Assembly: GCA_964234715.1 (NCBI GenBank)
Contig: OZ174279.1
Source of the DNA: Podarcis melisellensis
Taxonomy: Eukaryota
Reading direction: 5' to 3' (one strand)
DNA length: 64,000 nucleotides
Below, in pieces: positions 61,629-64,000 of the stretch. Within the stretch, counting starts at the first letter, position 1. Every line of letters starts with the position of its first letter. The notes beneath the pieces are model-generated. The model had not been told where the DNA came from, ran no database searches, and saw only the letters and a list, made by a program, of their open reading frames with translations. The position numbers and the translations under genes were made by a program.

Positions 61629-64000
61629 CTAGCAAAGAAAGAGAGGGCAACATCAGTTAAGATCAAAACTGGCCCCAGCTGTTGCTCTTTCCTGATTGCT
61701 ATTCAAAATGATTTCGCAGCAATTAAAATGTGGCAGCATTGCAGAGGTGGAGTCTTGCTTGTGAGGCCCTGTACCTATTAGCTAAGCATGCCTGTATCAG
61801 CTCCTCGCCACCGCCCTGCGCCGTCAATGCCAACAAATGAGACAGGGTCCCTGAGGAGGGGTCTCCCCCATCTCCTACATATGGTATTGACAAAAATCAA
61901 GCTCTCTGCCAGAGTAGCAAAGCATCACTGGAGGAACTTGCTCCAGCTGGCTCCATTTAGCACACACATGGTTATGTTAAACATTGCATTACTGGAATCT
62001 GAATGCTGAAGCTGGAGTGGGACCAATACTACTCCAGCTCGAAGGAATGGACTGACCTATCATCTTCACACTCCTAGAAATAATACAAGTTTGCAGCACC
62101 AAGCTGCCAGTATTTGTTTTGTTTTTTTTCATGATTAGATCATATTGTACCTCCCCTAACTCCACTCCAAACCTCAGTGCTCCCAAGAGAAAGGCAAGTG
62201 TCACTTTCTAAGTATCTTCTTAAAAAATCAACATCATTAATTCAGTGCTAGAAGTCCCGTTTTATCCACCCACCACAGATTATTAAGTCTTTGCAAAGCC
62301 ATGGAATCACAAAGCATTTTAGCTAACTGTGCACTTGCTATGAACTTTACCCAACTCTACACTAGGTCACAGTTGGGGGCACTCCAGATGTGATTAGGAG
62401 TCCCAACTCTCATCAGCACCAGCTAACACTCACTGATGGGAGTTGTAGTCCAACAACATCTGCAGGGCCACAAGCTCCCCAACTCAAGCCACAACCACCT
62501 CCTTCCAAACAAGAGTCAGGAGAAGAAAATGCCTCCAAAGTACCCAGAGACTCTCATCTGCATATTACGATGCTAGCTAATTACATAAGCAAAGTTTCAA
62601 ATTGACATTTCAGTGAATTTGGAAGACCCCTTGGGATAACAGATCATGTAAAAGACTCACCAATCAATGACTTTTCCACACTAAAATTAACTCCTCCTCT
62701 AATTTTACACTTGGTGTAACATTCACACTACTCTCCTGTCCAGTACCAGTTTCATAATCTTTCATTTGTTTATTTTCCAGACTGGGACATAGCAGGGTGG
62801 TGGGATTTTAATCTGAATGGCAGCCCCACAGACAGCTATCATGTGAGCAGCATACAGAATCCAGAGACTAAAGAGAGGGGAAATGATCACAAAATGATGT
62901 ACTATTTCTTTATGTGTGTTTGGGGAGGTGATAGGGAGTCTTGTTGCTATTCTCCACAATGCATGAACTCTCTTGTGCTTGAGGATTACAGTAGGGAAAT
63001 ATTCTGTTTCAAAATAAGTAAGTAAATGTTTAAATTGTTCACAAAATGGAAGAGATGGAGTTGCATTGCTTATCATTGGGTAGTTGCTTGTGCCGTTCTG
63101 TTGAAGTCTCCCTACCTAACCCTACATGGGAGTCCGGATACCTATATCCTGCTAATTGATGTTCAGGAGGAAGGGGAGTTTATCCAAAGCAATATAGTGA
63201 CTGCAGTATATTAGTCCAGGATTCTCATCACAGACATACCACTTTAGCCAAGATAGTGGTGAAAATGCTTCTCATGCAAATGCAATGATTTTATTGGCAG
63301 ATAAGATAGCCATTTATGCTGTCAGCCTAACTATACACTTGGAATTGCAGAAACAGAGGGGAGGAGAGAAAGGATCCTAGATGTAGGCAGAGTTTCAGAT
63401 CCCCAGGAAGTCAATACAGATAGAAGGGGTGGAGACAACAGCAAAAGGTAAGAGCAGTACTTTTAAACAGAAAGAAAAAGGCTCCCTGCTATCTGATGCA
63501 GACTGATCCCACTTTATCAGTTAATTGAAGGCTGGTGTCCAGAATATAATGTAAGATAAGGTTGTTTGCCAGAATTCCCAAGATCCCAGGGCAGTTCACA
63601 CATTATGGTAACTATCTGGATTGGAGTTCAGTTGCATCAACAGCAGTCTGTGTGGAAACACACTGATACATAAATAATTGATTTCCAATCGTACAACTGA
63701 ATGGTTGAAATTCCTCCCTAACTTGCACAGCAGTAGGTCTGAATTATAGTGTGGCATCATCAGTTCAACTTAAGGACTGGATATAGCTTGAGAAGTTCTG
63801 AAAATCTTATTGGCCAGCTATGAAGTTTTACACACGCATTTAAGAAGGCAGGCAGAGGAGATAACAGCAATTCAACAGGGCCATTTTTGCTCCCTGCTCT
63901 GGATGCCGATGACATTCAATCTGAATATGCTGTTATCTGCATTAGCTTGTGGCTCAACTGGCACTGAGAAAACTTGAAAGCCTCTGCAGAGAGATCCATA

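Overview
Vertebrate genomic DNA, most likely a squamate (lacertid-like lizard, inferred from the repeat families). It holds the 3' halves of two convergent genes. On the + strand are the last three coding exons of NEURL1 (NHR2 domain, linker, C3HC4 RING; 17788-18468, 27205-27351, 28965-29206), followed by a 3'UTR of about 6.6 kb (likely poly(A) signal 35778). On the - strand are the last five coding exons of SH3PXD2A/Tks5 (SH3 domains 2-5; 61511-61628, 55468-55802, 53781-53830, 52038-52157, 50004-51890), followed by a 3'UTR of about 12 kb (likely signal 38009). All splice junctions are GT-AG and phase-consistent. The introns hold many transposon remnants: L1, L2, CR1, tRNA- and 5S-derived SINEs, Tc1/mariner-, hAT- and Harbinger-type MITEs, a solo-LTR-like unit and a decayed DIRS element. 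The most unusual structure is a pair of young, near-identical Penelope-like terminal fragments. Both break exactly at what looks like helix II of a minimal hammerhead ribozyme, and one folds back there into a 136-bp near-perfect palindrome flanked by a 15-bp target-site duplication. Most short ORFs in the track are noise. Gene and repeat-family identities come from recalled sequences; no database search was run.
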